Assembly (NCBI GenBank): GCA_032128875.1
Contig: JAVLKG010000003.1
Location: forward strand, 97,008 to 161,007
Reading direction: 5' to 3'
DNA from: Candidatus Melainabacteria bacterium 17Bon1m
GTDB lineage: Bacteria; Cyanobacteriota; Vampirovibrionia; Obscuribacterales; Obscuribacteraceae
DNA: 64,000 nt
Shown here: one piece after another, positions 49,855 through 59,998 of the stretch
How positions within the stretch are numbered: the stretch's first letter is position 1
Layout of the letters: each line of letters starts with the position of its first letter
Made by a program: the position numbers and the translations under genes
Notes under the pieces: generated by a model
The model's input: the letters and a program-made list of their open reading frames with translations, nothing else
What the model was told of the DNA's origin: nothing
Databases searched by the model: none

Positions 49855-51333
49855 TCAGATTGCTAGATTATTGGAGAGTGATTTGCTTAAAATTTTAGCC
49901 AAAAAGCCGGCCGCTTCCAATTCCCAGGGTTGCCACGGCAGGGAGATGCCTTTGGCTGTTTCCTTCCACAGTTCAAATGAAGTCCTTGGATAGAGCCGCT
50001 CCCCGTAGGGGCTTTTATTTGACGGCTTAAATGGGTCGCCTGCCCAATTAACAGACTTGGACATTTCTGGCCGGAGCCACATAAGCCAGGACTTATGGTG
50101 ATTTGGAATTTTTGCTGCCAGCAAACCACAAGCATAAGCACCTATGTCGTGACCATAGCGAGCGGGCAAGTCATCGCAAGCAAAGACTTCTTCATTGGGT
50201 CCGCATTCCAGCCATTCAATCAGTGATTGCAATGTTGGATTATCCGGCGTCGCATTTTTCCTCAGAATAGTTCCGTCGGTAATAAATACGTTGCCTGTAC
50301 TCTGAATCAACTCGTCCAGTGAAGGGTGGCTCTGTACCATTGATTTCAGGTCGTGAGAATCAAGGAGATTTGCCGCAATATCTTGAATCGTCGAAAGATA
50401 GCGCAGCTTGATTTCGCTTTCGGCAAGTTTGTGCAGATCGGAAAGTCGATTAGAGCATAACTGCGAAAGAGTTTGATAGAAGCTAAACTCCTGCAATGTA
50501 AAAGTGCGTGCTGACTCATGGTGACACGCAATTAGTCCCCAGAATTTCCCCTTCTCGAAAAGAGAAATCGACATCGATGCACGCACATTCATGTTGCGAA
50601 GATACTGCAAATGAATTGGAGAGACACTGCGCACAAACGAGAAACTCAAGTCGAGCGGCATCATGCCTGGCTCTTCGACAATGCGTGATTGAGTGCCGTC
50701 GACATCTGAAATTACGCGAAATCGATTTCTGATATAAAGCTCGCGCGCTTGCTTTGGAATATCCGTATGAGGAAAGTGCAGTCCTTTATATGAAGGCATA
50801 CTCTCCTTGCGGGATTCGGCGATTACTGCTCCATTCCAATCGCGATCGAATTTATACACTTTTACGCGATCAAACTTCGAAATGTCTCGAACAGTGTCGG
50901 CGATGAGCTGTGCAAGCTGCTGTTCGGAAGTCGTTGCAGAAAGTTTGATTCCAAGGCTGGACAAAGTAGATGTTAGGTCACCGTTTTCGGCGGTACTCGC
51001 TAAAAGATCCAGGTATTGTTCGTCCACACTAGAGTGCCAGAGCGCGTTCACCTTCTTGCCGGATTTTAGTGTCAGAACGATGCTGGGTCGCAAGAGTTCT
51101 GAGCTAGATTTGTCCACCTTGTTTAACTCGTTCACGTTAAAGAAGGTCGAAATTTTTTGTCCGATTATCTCTTGTGCGCCGACGTCGAGGATTTCTCGCA
51201 CGTTCTCGCTAGCGCGAGTAATCTGCCCGTCTTTGCGGTATGCAATCAGTGCGCCGAATTCCTGCACGGAGCCAGGAATATGTATCTGCTCTTGATCGCA
51301 GTTGGTGATGTCTACTTCCGGTTTCTTGGTCAA
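49855..51333 (-). CDS. bphP: Bacteriophytochrome photosensory module (PAS-GAF-PHY) with no output domain
   Basis: TNCDQEQIHIPGSVQ (biliverdin Cys), FDRVKVYKF, HFPHTDIPKQAR, SPIHLQYLRNM, WGLIACHH, WAGDP, PRTSFELW. Confidence 0.93.
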   Translation of the reverse strand: MTKKPEVDITNCDQEQIHIPGSVQEFGALIAYRKDGQITRASENVREILDVGAQEIIGQKISTFFNVNELNKVDKSSSELLRPSIVLTLKSGKKVNALWHSSVDEQYLDLLASTAENGDLTSTLSSLGIKLSATTSEQQLAQLIADTVRDISKFDRVKVYKFDRDWNGAVIAESRKESMPSYKGLHFPHTDIPKQARELYIRNRFRVISDVDGTQSRIVEEPGMMPLDLSFSFVRSVSPIHLQYLRNMNVRASMSISLFEKGKFWGLIACHHESARTFTLQEFSFYQTLSQLCSNRLSDLHKLAESEIKLRYLSTIQDIAANLLDSHDLKSMVQSHPSLDELIQSTGNVFITDGTILRKNATPDNPTLQSLIEWLECGPNEEVFACDDLPARYGHDIGAYACGLLAAKIPNHHKSWLMWLRPEMSKSVNWAGDPFKPSNKSPYGERLYPRTSFELWKETAKGISLPWQPWELEAAGFLAKILSKSLSNNLAI

Positions 51334-51398
51334 TGGGATTCCCTCAGTTTAAAGTGAGGATTCGATCTTAGTCTCCGAGGATAGACAAGCCAACACAG

Positions 51399-51449
51399 AC
51401 CAAAAGTTCCTCAGAACCAAAAGTTCCTCAAAACTAAGAGTTTTCCAAA
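51399..51449. repeat. Three tandem 17-bp direct repeats upstream of bphP
   Basis: accaaaagttcctcaga / accaaaagttcctcaaa / actaagagttttccaaa. Confidence 0.8.
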
Positions 51450-51471
51450 ACTTAAACTTGCTTTGGTGAAG

Positions 51472-52575
51472 TTACGCTGTAACTGTGTCCCGGACTACAG
51501 GCAAACCGCATTGATTCCATGCAGTCATTCCACCAGAAAGCACAATTACTTTTGAAAAACCTGCTTCAGACATGACTTGGGCTGCGGTTTTTGCGCGACC
51601 ACCCATCTTGCAGATTGAAACGATCTCTTCGTTTTTGTGTTGTGCAATCTCATCAAGTCGATGGGCGATTTCTTTAACGGAAATGTGTTTGATGCCTGGA
51701 AGATGCCCCAACTCTGCGTAGAGCTCTGGTGTTTCTCTAACATCGAGCAAAAATGGTTTCCATCCGGAATCCATTTTCTTCTTCATTTCTTCTGCATCGA
51801 TGTAATGAATTTCCTGACTGGCTGCGCAATCACTCAGCGTACCCATAGCTTCACATGCGGAAACTCCTTGCGGAATGTCTACAGACTTTGGATCGCGAGT
51901 GCAATCGAAATTGGCTTGTAGCACAAGTTTCATCCAGTCAGCAGGCCCGAGATGGAGTTCTTGCAAGAAGTGGACATACTCGTCCTTGGTCTTGGGTTTG
52001 AAAAACGGATTACGCTGCTTTTGCTCACCAAGAGTGGATGGACGCCTGCCGCGATAGTCGTGTCCAGGATAAATAATCAAGCTGTCCGGCATCTTTGAAA
52101 GCTTCATCAGGCTTTCGAAGTGATCCGCCGGATCTCCTCCAGGAAGGTCTGTGCGTCCCGCTCCGCCATCGTCGAGGAAGAGCGTATCGCCAGTCAGGAG
52201 CTTGTCATCCAGCAATATGCAAAGCGAGTCTTCTGTATGACCTGGGGTATGAACAAACTTGAGTTTTACTCCGCCCAGCGAGAGCTCTGAGCCATCTTCT
52301 ACTCGGTCTGTAACATCTTTTGGTTTCGCACTCGTGTGCATAACATAATGGCAGCCGGTTAAATCCATGAGCTTTGGACCGCCCGAAAGGTGGTCGGCGT
52401 GAGCGTGTGTATCGATGACAGCGCTGAGCTTTAGCCCTCGATTTTTCAAGAGAGCTTCGTACCGCTCAGCTTCTTTGAGTGACGGATCGATAATCCAGGC
52501 TTGCTTTTCCGATGCAGAACCGATCAAGTAGGTCATGCAGCCGGTTTGAGTAAGCGGTTCGAAGATAAGATCCAC
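51472..52575 (-). CDS. MBL-fold persulfide dioxygenase (ETHE1-like) fused to rhodanese
   Basis: DTHAHADHLSG, HTPGHT, LTGDTLF, GRTD, YPGHDY; rhodanese LLDVRE...ICKMGGRA...LSGGM..W; AAGGAG before GTG 52575. Confidence 0.88.
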   Translation of the reverse strand: MDLIFEPLTQTGCMTYLIGSASEKQAWIIDPSLKEAERYEALLKNRGLKLSAVIDTHAHADHLSGGPKLMDLTGCHYVMHTSAKPKDVTDRVEDGSELSLGGVKLKFVHTPGHTEDSLCILLDDKLLTGDTLFLDDGGAGRTDLPGGDPADHFESLMKLSKMPDSLIIYPGHDYRGRRPSTLGEQKQRNPFFKPKTKDEYVHFLQELHLGPADWMKLVLQANFDCTRDPKSVDIPQGVSACEAMGTLSDCAASQEIHYIDAEEMKKKMDSGWKPFLLDVRETPELYAELGHLPGIKHISVKEIAHRLDEIAQHKNEEIVSICKMGGRAKTAAQVMSEAGFSKVIVLSGGMTAWNQCGLPVVRDTVTA

Positions 52576-52850
52576 TGTCTTGCTCCTTATTAGTCTAAGA
52601 ACATTATTCAATAAAAACCCCCTTTAATTGTGAGTTTTAGTTGATGAATAGGCGTTCCCGCTAAAACCCCGATTAAATTTCAGGCTTTTCCCTGGGATCC
52701 GTTCAGCGCCTTTCATGTTACGCCGGCGCGCACTTCTCAGTACTTTGTTAGCAGGTGCTCCAGCATCGACGCGCAATTCCCGAAGCGTCGAGCGGCGGCT
52801 GCGGTATACGTTCGGAGCGCGACAGCGCCCTAAGAGATAGGAACGGAATT

Positions 52851-54533
52851 ATGAAAACATTCAACTTTGCCAGCGCGAACAAAGGTGAGTTGGAGCCCTC
52901 GGTAGCCGGTGCGCTGTCGTTGGTTCCTGGTCTCGGCCAGTTCTACAATGGCGACCGCCTGAAAGGATGGCTATTCTTGGAAGTCGGTGCCATCAACTTT
53001 GTAATTCTTCTGGGCATTTTGTGCGCCGATTCCATAAGTAATGGGATTGTGCAGTTTGCCAACTCTCATCATTTCATTGCAAATGTTTCGCTGGTAAAGC
53101 AGCTTGGGAGTTTCAAATTGGGACATCCTGGAGCGACTCTACTTTTCGCTCTCTGTCTTGCTTTCATCGCTTACTCTGTTCGTGACGCCTATGACAGAGC
53201 GTTGAACATCAAAAATCGAGAGATTTATCAAGGACATTTTTTGGAGCTTTCGGAAGCTACAAGCGGATCATATTTGGCTCACTTTGCGCTGATGGGCGCT
53301 TTGCTGCTTCTCTCGGTTTTTCTTTTGATTCCAGCCCCGACCCGTCAACAGGTGACAGAAATAGAGTTCGTTTCACAACCGCAGAAGGAGCGCATCAAGC
53401 CACCTCAGACCAATAGAGTGGATGTGCACAGCAGTCGAGCTGAAGGCGTGCACAAGCCGAAAGAACAAGTTCGTACCAGTCAAGCTCAGCGAGCACCATC
53501 AAAACCGGCGGCGTCGCAGTCGCAACAACAGCAGACGCAAGCAGCAAAGCCGCAACCGAAGCCAGAACTTAAAACTCAATCGCAGGATGCTCCGAAACCA
53601 CAGCCGGTGAAATCACATGAAGCACCGAAGCCACCTGCGCCAACAACAGCGCCACTGCCAACGGTGCGTCCGCCAGCTCCTGTAGCAGCGCAACCGGCGC
53701 CGACCCCACCGATGCCGGCGCGTCCGATGCCCCTTGCGCCTGCTCCGCCTGCGCCAGCACCGTTGGCTGCGAATCCAAAGCCGATTGGAGCTAGCGCGCC
53801 TGCTCCGTTGTTAGCGTTCAACAAAACCGGCATTGCGAACGCGCAAATACCATCGATTGCAACGTCACCAATTGGTTTGGGTAGCTTTGGCAAGCCCAAC
53901 AGTCAGGGTTGGATGAGCGGTAAGAGTCCTAACGTAGTCAAAGCAGGCGGCGCACCATCCGCACCGGCAGTCGACTCGAGCAGTTTCGTCGGTACTGGTG
54001 ATGGACATAGCAAGCCGACACTTGCTGATACTTCCTCAAACAGAACAGGAAATGGAAAGGCGCATTCGATAGGAGATGCTCCTAAGCCGATTGCAGCAAG
54101 AACTGGTCCCGCTCCCGGAGACAGGTTGGTAGTGTCGCCTACAATAACCAGCCCAATAGGTGAGCCTAGAAGAGGAAATCCAGATCCAGGCACCACCGGA
54201 AAAGGTGATCCACGAGTAGCGACAACCGAACACCCAAATCCAGATTTCACCGAATACATGCTTTCACTGCAACGCCGCATCCGCAAAGCCTGGGCACCTC
54301 CGCGGCAACCCAGATCGAAGAGTACTGTCGCCGTGTTCACGATCGGAACTAATGGAGAACTTCTAGGTTTGCGATTACAGCGTTCTTCCGGAGACAGCAC
54401 CATGGACCAAGCTGCCCTGCAGTCGATTCGAAACTCTGCGCCATTTAGGCACCTTCCGCAGTATTCACCGGACTCGATTGATGTTCAGTTTACGTTTGAC
54501 TATAACGTGTTTAACAGTGGAAGTTCGTTCTAG
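52851..54533 (+). CDS. TonB/TolA C-terminal-domain protein with multi-TM N-terminus and Pro-rich linker
   Basis: SLVPGLGQFYNG TM module; C-terminal YMLSLQRRIRKAW.PP...FTI...G...SSG...MDQAALQSI..APF..LP. Confidence 0.85.
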   Translation: MKTFNFASANKGELEPSVAGALSLVPGLGQFYNGDRLKGWLFLEVGAINFVILLGILCADSISNGIVQFANSHHFIANVSLVKQLGSFKLGHPGATLLFALCLAFIAYSVRDAYDRALNIKNREIYQGHFLELSEATSGSYLAHFALMGALLLLSVFLLIPAPTRQQVTEIEFVSQPQKERIKPPQTNRVDVHSSRAEGVHKPKEQVRTSQAQRAPSKPAASQSQQQQTQAAKPQPKPELKTQSQDAPKPQPVKSHEAPKPPAPTTAPLPTVRPPAPVAAQPAPTPPMPARPMPLAPAPPAPAPLAANPKPIGASAPAPLLAFNKTGIANAQIPSIATSPIGLGSFGKPNSQGWMSGKSPNVVKAGGAPSAPAVDSSSFVGTGDGHSKPTLADTSSNRTGNGKAHSIGDAPKPIAARTGPAPGDRLVVSPTITSPIGEPRRGNPDPGTTGKGDPRVATTEHPNPDFTEYMLSLQRRIRKAWAPPRQPRSKSTVAVFTIGTNGELLGLRLQRSSGDSTMDQAALQSIRNSAPFRHLPQYSPDSIDVQFTFDYNVFNSGSSF

Positions 54534-54557
54534 GCACCATATGTAGTGCTTTAAGTT

Positions 54558-54593
54558 CAATGGCGGCAGATTTCTGTCGCCATTGTCATTTTT
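54558..54593 (+). terminator. Intrinsic terminator
   Basis: caatggcggcag / ctgtcgccattg stem followed by TCATTTTT. Confidence 0.65.
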
Positions 54594-55092
54594 GAAAGGT
54601 TGTGGACATCATCTTCTTGCTGAATAGCAATGTTTGAAAGCTTTCACGCGCTGATTTCTGTTTCATTTGCCAGGTATCACGCGGCATTCCAAGAGATGTT
54701 TTGAAGAAATTGCACTTTCGTATATGCGTTGATACATAAAATCAGCAAAAAAAATCATTTGAGAAGTTAAGCGTCTGGAAAGTCTTACTGGCTGGCGCAT
54801 TGTGGATTCTTGACTTGATGTATTTTAGTTCCAGTTAACGAAACATTCTCCCGCGGGCGGGTGTCGATGAGTGTGTTAGCCCTGAAGTCGATATCCAGTA
54901 TATGTATTCGAGAGATGGTCATGACAAATCGAGATTGTGTCTCCTACTGAATTAGTGCATAATCTTGCCATCGCCGTAATCGGATTTTTACTTTCATGAG
55001 TCATTAAGGCTTCTGCCAGGCTACTTAGAACAGCGCGGCCCTGCTGAGGAATTTCGAAATTGATGACATTAAAGACTAGAGCCAGACCAAGC

Positions 55093-55452
55093 ATGGAGCT
55101 CGGCGTCCGGTATTACGATAACTCTCCGACTTCAGGCACCATTGCTGGTGGCGATAAGAGCATGCTCAGTGAGCACGGTATCCGTGAGCGTCATCGTACC
55201 TATAAGGACAACATGATGTATTCGCATCCCGAATACACCGGTGTGCGCTTTATGCGAAAGGCGCCGCTAATGCTCGAAGCCAAGGTTTCTGGTCGCACGA
55301 CAATTACAAAGCTGCGTAAGAAACAAACACGCTTCCACTTCTGGAAAAACTTTTTCTCGATCTTCAATCTGTTGAACGGTTTCAATGCAATGGTTTTGCG
55401 CATCAATCCGTTTGCCACATACCATGCGGCTGTCCGTTGGAGCCCGCGCTAA
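55093..55452 (+). CDS. Hypothetical basic protein
   Basis: ORF 55060..55452; start uncertain; no recognised motif. Confidence 0.5.
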   Translation: MELGVRYYDNSPTSGTIAGGDKSMLSEHGIRERHRTYKDNMMYSHPEYTGVRFMRKAPLMLEAKVSGRTTITKLRKKQTRFHFWKNFFSIFNLLNGFNAMVLRINPFATYHAAVRWSPR

Positions 55453-55533
55453 TTTAGCCGGTAATTCATAAGTTCTGTTATCGAAGCATCTATATTCGAT
55501 TAGTTTTTTACTGAAACAGTTACGGTTTCAAGA

Positions 55534-56151
55534 ATGCGCACTCGAAATTACATAGTCTGTTTTGTGGCTGCGGCAATTGCCTCCGGTGGCGCATCTCTGT
55601 TGTACTGCGCTATCGGTCAACCAAGTGTTGAGAAATCCTCAAATGTTGCAGAGGTTGAAACCACGACTCCGAGTGTATTTGCTCGCGGCGGAAACGAGAA
55701 AATTCTGTCCGCTGCGAATTCTGCAGTTGGGAAAAGGATGTGGTCAGGGTTTGGACTTCCGAACGGCAAACTCGGTTGTGCTGCGGCTCTCAGTAATGTC
55801 TTGAAGAACGCTGGGTATCCAGTGGCGAAGTCTGCTGCCGTGGTAGTGGTTAGACGGCAGCTTCTGAAGAGTCCGCTCAAAGTTAGTGAAGTAGCGCTGA
55901 AACACTCGAAAGAGCTTGGTGTTGACCCCAAGATATTCAGCGGGGTTTCTCAACCAGGCGATTTGATTTTTGGGTACATGTCGTTGCCGAATAAGCCGAA
56001 CATGGGTGCGGATGCTCACTGTGGTGTAGTTGGCGAAAACGGATATGTGTATGCCAATGACTGGAATGATGGAATATGGAAACGCGCCAAGCCTGATCAA
56101 TTCTTTGGTTTTTATCCACACATCTATGTGATTCGAATTGCAGACAAATGA
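55534..56151 (+). CDS. Exported NlpC/P60-fold-like (Cys-His) putative peptidoglycan hydrolase
   Basis: N-terminal TM; LGCAAALSNVL..AG, QPGDLIFG, AHCGVV. Confidence 0.65.
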   Translation: MRTRNYIVCFVAAAIASGGASLLYCAIGQPSVEKSSNVAEVETTTPSVFARGGNEKILSAANSAVGKRMWSGFGLPNGKLGCAAALSNVLKNAGYPVAKSAAVVVVRRQLLKSPLKVSEVALKHSKELGVDPKIFSGVSQPGDLIFGYMSLPNKPNMGADAHCGVVGENGYVYANDWNDGIWKRAKPDQFFGFYPHIYVIRIADK

Positions 56152-56273
56152 GGTTGAGTTAGCTAAGAACCTCCGTCAGCGCATGAAAGCGCCAGCGCAT
56201 AAGATGTTTTGGAAGAAAGGACCCCGAATCACTTCGGAGCCCTTTCTCTTTCGTCTCAAGCAAGGTAGTAGGC

Positions 56274-56612
56274 TTATAGGAGCCTGATGTTGACGTCTCT
56301 GATGTCCAATCTAACTTGTTGTAATTCCCAAGCTTTGGCATCGATTTTGCGGCAAACTTCATTCATTTGCGCTGGAGCATCAGAATCGTTTCTGCGTCTG
56401 ATGTCTTCTTTCTTTCTCAAGAGATCGTCAGTGTCTCTCATCAAGTAAAACTCACGTGTTTGCAGAGCTGATCTGCGTTTTTGCAGTTGGTCGATAACTC
56501 CCGGATCAGAGATCATCGCTTGAGCGGGTTGGCAATTGAGCGCAACCATGGGGAGTGTGAGGAATGCAACCAGTGCAAGAAGAATCTGTTTCTTTGTGTT
56601 TTTGTTTTTCAT
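56274..56612 (-). CDS. Small secreted coiled-coil protein
   Basis: Basic N-terminus, signal peptide ending PAQA, helical charged body; AGGT RBS. Confidence 0.75.
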   Translation of the reverse strand: MKNKNTKKQILLALVAFLTLPMVALNCQPAQAMISDPGVIDQLQKRRSALQTREFYLMRDTDDLLRKKEDIRRRNDSDAPAQMNEVCRKIDAKAWELQQVRLDIRDVNIRLL

Positions 56613-56844
56613 AACTACCTGCCTCCTTCCAGGATGACCACAGAATACCGGCTGGAATGGACTTGTAGAAGAGCCACTTTTATGATTTGATACTAGTCCA
56701 CTTGGAATGATTCTAAGCTGGAGAGCGATCGTCCAATAAATCTGAAACGCGGCATCGGTGTGCGATGAGGGATTTGTGCTGAAGCATTGCAAGCTGCCTG
56801 AAAGTGATCAATTACTCAGAATTTAGGTTGAAAAGAGGCCGGTT

Positions 56845-58449
56845 GTGGACTTCCTTATACATGTAGATCAATCGTCAGGGGTTGCACTCCATCGTCAGAT
56901 TTATGACTCGATAAGGGGTGCGATTCTCTCCGGTCGTTTGCGTTCTGGCGAAAAGCTGCCGTCCACACGCGCACTATCACAAACATTGGGCATCGCCAGA
57001 GCGACCGTCACAATGAGTTTCGACAGCCTTTTGAGTGAGGGCTACATAGAAGCCAGCGTCGGGGCTGGAACATTCGTGTCGCGTGCGCTGCCGGAAGAAT
57101 TGATGCGCCCTGCGGCTCCTCTAGTCGATCCCGCGACATTGGAGGCGTCCACGCCCAAAGTGAAGGCACGCGTTCGCGGCAGGAAGCGCAAAGATGGAGG
57201 CGAATCAGGTTCTACAGGTTCTTCCTCCTCTTCTTCTGAGTCTCAGAGCGCGGCAGACGCAGACAAAGTGCAGGGTTATAGATTGTCCTGGTATGCGACT
57301 GCGTTGCGATCGAGGCAGTGGTTGAACTTCTCTGCGGAAGAACCAGAGGTGCAGCTTTCCTTCGGAAGGCCTGCTATGACGGAGTTTCCGATGCGTGTGT
57401 GGAACCAATTGTTGTTACAACATGCGCGCAAACGCAATCTAGGTTTGCTCGATTCACCTGCCAATGCTGCTGGTTTTATGCCATTGAGAGAACAGCTTGC
57501 TGCATATCTTTCTCGAGTGCGAGCGGTTGCATGTACTCCCGAACAAGTGATCATCGTCAACGGTTCGCAGCAGGGGATCGACCTTGTCGCACGTGTTTTG
57601 ATAGATCGCGGCGACGATGTTTGTATCGAAGATCCTGGATACATCGGCGCGCAGAAGTCGTTTGAGGCGATGGGTGCAAACGTTTTGCCTATCCCTGTCG
57701 ATAAGCAAGGTATCTCGGTTGATGTCCTGAAAGAACACGAAAAAGCGAAGCCTGGTTTTAGTCCGCAGTTGGTGTATGTGACGCCCTCGCACCAGTCACC
57801 GACGGGCGTTGTATTGTCGGTACCGCGTCGCCTTGAGTTGATTTCTTGGGCTCGGCGTGTCGGCGCATATATTGTCGAAGACGATTATGACAGTGAATAC
57901 CGCTACAAGGGGCGCCCCATTCCAGCGCTCGCAGGGCTCGATCATGCGGGCACTGTTATCTATATAGGAACATTGTCCAAAGTTCTCTTTCCATCTTTGC
58001 GGCTTGGATATTTGGTTGTTCCGCTCGACCTGGCGGAAGTTTTCACTCGTGCAAAATGGCTTACTGACCGCCATTCTCCTTTGTTGGAACAGCAAGTGTT
58101 GGCGGACTTTATTCGTCTTGGCCATTTGGAAAGACACGTTCGAAAAATGCGAAACCTCTATGAGCAGAAGCGCAAGCTCGTCATTGAGGCGCTCAAGACT
58201 CATTTCAAGGGTTCTGCAACTGTTCTCGGCGATGCCGCTGGCATCAATGTTGTGGTGCGTATTCCTTCCGAATTGAATGACGAGGAAATCGTTTCGCGCG
58301 CCAAAGCAGCTGGCATTGGTATTTCAAGCACGGCGCACTGTTATTTGGGAGAGCTGACGCGCGGCGAGTTTCAGATCAACTATGCTCATTTGAATGAGGA
58401 AGCAATAGAGGACATTGTCGAAGCACTCGCCCGCATTGCTGCCCGATAA
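56845..58449 (+). CDS. MocR/GabR family regulator (GntR wHTH + PLP aminotransferase domain)
   Basis: GEKLPSTRALS..LGIARATV, GSQQG, YVTPSHQSP, EDDYDSEYR, GTLSKVLFPSLRLGY. Confidence 0.95.
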   Translation: MDFLIHVDQSSGVALHRQIYDSIRGAILSGRLRSGEKLPSTRALSQTLGIARATVTMSFDSLLSEGYIEASVGAGTFVSRALPEELMRPAAPLVDPATLEASTPKVKARVRGRKRKDGGESGSTGSSSSSSESQSAADADKVQGYRLSWYATALRSRQWLNFSAEEPEVQLSFGRPAMTEFPMRVWNQLLLQHARKRNLGLLDSPANAAGFMPLREQLAAYLSRVRAVACTPEQVIIVNGSQQGIDLVARVLIDRGDDVCIEDPGYIGAQKSFEAMGANVLPIPVDKQGISVDVLKEHEKAKPGFSPQLVYVTPSHQSPTGVVLSVPRRLELISWARRVGAYIVEDDYDSEYRYKGRPIPALAGLDHAGTVIYIGTLSKVLFPSLRLGYLVVPLDLAEVFTRAKWLTDRHSPLLEQQVLADFIRLGHLERHVRKMRNLYEQKRKLVIEALKTHFKGSATVLGDAAGINVVVRIPSELNDEEIVSRAKAAGIGISSTAHCYLGELTRGEFQINYAHLNEEAIEDIVEALARIAAR

Positions 58450-58510
58450 TTAAAATGTCCATGTCCGAAAATGGCGAGTCATTGGAGTTGGGATCCGTTA
58501 AGATTCAGGC

Positions 58511-59998
58511 ATGACATTGAATCGAGACAGCTGCTATGAGGTTCTTCGCGCGCGAGATCCGCGGTTTGACGGGGTTTTCTTTGTAGCGGTGAAGTCTACC
58601 AAGATTTATTGCAGAACCGTATGTACGGCAAAAACGCCGATGCTGAAGAATGTCACGTTCTATTCAACCGCTGCTGCTGCGGAAGATGGCGGGTATCGTC
58701 CGTGCTTGCGCTGCCGCCCCGAATTGGCTCCGGGCAATGCGTCGGTTGACGCGGTCAGTCGATTGGCTGCAATTGCACTTAACAGAATCGAAGACGGTGC
58801 GCTGTCGGAGTTTGGTGTGGATGAGTTGGCGCTTGAGATGGGCATTAGCGGACGTCATTTGCGCAGAGTCATCGAATCGGAATTCGGGGTTTCTCCGATT
58901 CAATTGGCGCAGACGCAAAGGCTGTTGCTCGCCAAACGATTGTTGACCGACACAAACTTGCCAGTAACGGAAATTGCGTTCGCGAGTGGTTTTTCCAGCG
59001 TTCGACGGTTCAATTCGCTGTTTCAAGAACGCTACAAGCTAAACCCAACGCAACTGAGAAAGCGTAGAAGTGCGCAAGATGCGCCGTTCTTGACGTGTGA
59101 AGTGAGCTACCGACCACCATTTGATTTTGAGGGATTGTTGGCGTTTCTTTCTTATCGTGCCTGTCCTGGAGTTGAGCTCGTGCAGGATGGCGCGTACATT
59201 CGCACTGCCTCATTCGGGAAGCATTCCGGGTGGTTGGCCGTACGGCAAAATGCGCAGAAAAACACTTTATCGATTCAACTCGCCAACTCGCTCGCACCAG
59301 TTTTGCTGAGCGTCGTTGCACGATGTAAGCGTTTGATGGACACTCAAGCAGACCCCTCAATCATTGCAGCGACGCTGGGCGAGCTTTCAAAGGGGCGTGA
59401 GGGAGTTCGCGTGCCTGGTGCGTTTTATGGCTTTGAGGTTGCACTCAGAGCCATTCTGGGGCAACAGGTGAGCGTGAAAGCGGCAAGTACTCTGCATGGA
59501 CGGATTGTCCAAAAGTTCGGCGTTGCAATTGAAACACCTTTCCCTGAATTAAACAGACTCGCTCCATCGGCTGAAACGCTGGCAGCGCTGGAGCCCGAGG
59601 ATTTAAGCGGCATGGGGATTACAGGCGCGCGCATTAATTCGATAATCGCGATTTCTCAGGCTGTTGCAAGTGGTGCTCTTTCACTAGAACCGGGGCAAGA
59701 TGTGGAACAGACGTCAAACAAGATCAAGGCTTTGCCTGGCTTCGGCGAGTGGACGGCTCAATATATAGCGATGCGCGCACTCGCATGGCCGGATGCTTTC
59801 CTTCATTCTGATCTCGGAATCAAGAAAGCGCTCAATATGACTAAGGATAAGGAAATTTTGCAGCATGCGGAGCGTTGGTCTCCGTGGCGTTCATACGCGG
59901 GTATGCATCTGTGGCGCTCGTTGGAAGCCAAGGCATTGGATGCGAAACCGTCAATTTTGAGTTCTCCGAAAAGGAAAGTGGCGAGGGCAAAGGCATGA
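58511..59998 (+). CDS. alkA: Ada-AlkA fusion (Ada Zn domain, AraC HTH, 3-methyladenine glycosylase II)
   Basis: ARDPRFDG.FF, IYCRTVC, YRPCLRCRP, FASGFSSVRRFN, RAILGQQVS, LPGFGEWTA, WSPWRSYA. Confidence 0.95.
   Translation: MTLNRDSCYEVLRARDPRFDGVFFVAVKSTKIYCRTVCTAKTPMLKNVTFYSTAAAAEDGGYRPCLRCRPELAPGNASVDAVSRLAAIALNRIEDGALSEFGVDELALEMGISGRHLRRVIESEFGVSPIQLAQTQRLLLAKRLLTDTNLPVTEIAFASGFSSVRRFNSLFQERYKLNPTQLRKRRSAQDAPFLTCEVSYRPPFDFEGLLAFLSYRACPGVELVQDGAYIRTASFGKHSGWLAVRQNAQKNTLSIQLANSLAPVLLSVVARCKRLMDTQADPSIIAATLGELSKGREGVRVPGAFYGFEVALRAILGQQVSVKAASTLHGRIVQKFGVAIETPFPELNRLAPSAETLAALEPEDLSGMGITGARINSIIAISQAVASGALSLEPGQDVEQTSNKIKALPGFGEWTAQYIAMRALAWPDAFLHSDLGIKKALNMTKDKEILQHAERWSPWRSYAGMHLWRSLEAKALDAKPSILSSPKRKVARAKA

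Noticed and set aside
56640-56740. TGGAATG and CCACTT repeats as MocR-family binding sites
   Set aside because: Plausible in a divergent promoter but too short and irregularly spaced to support.
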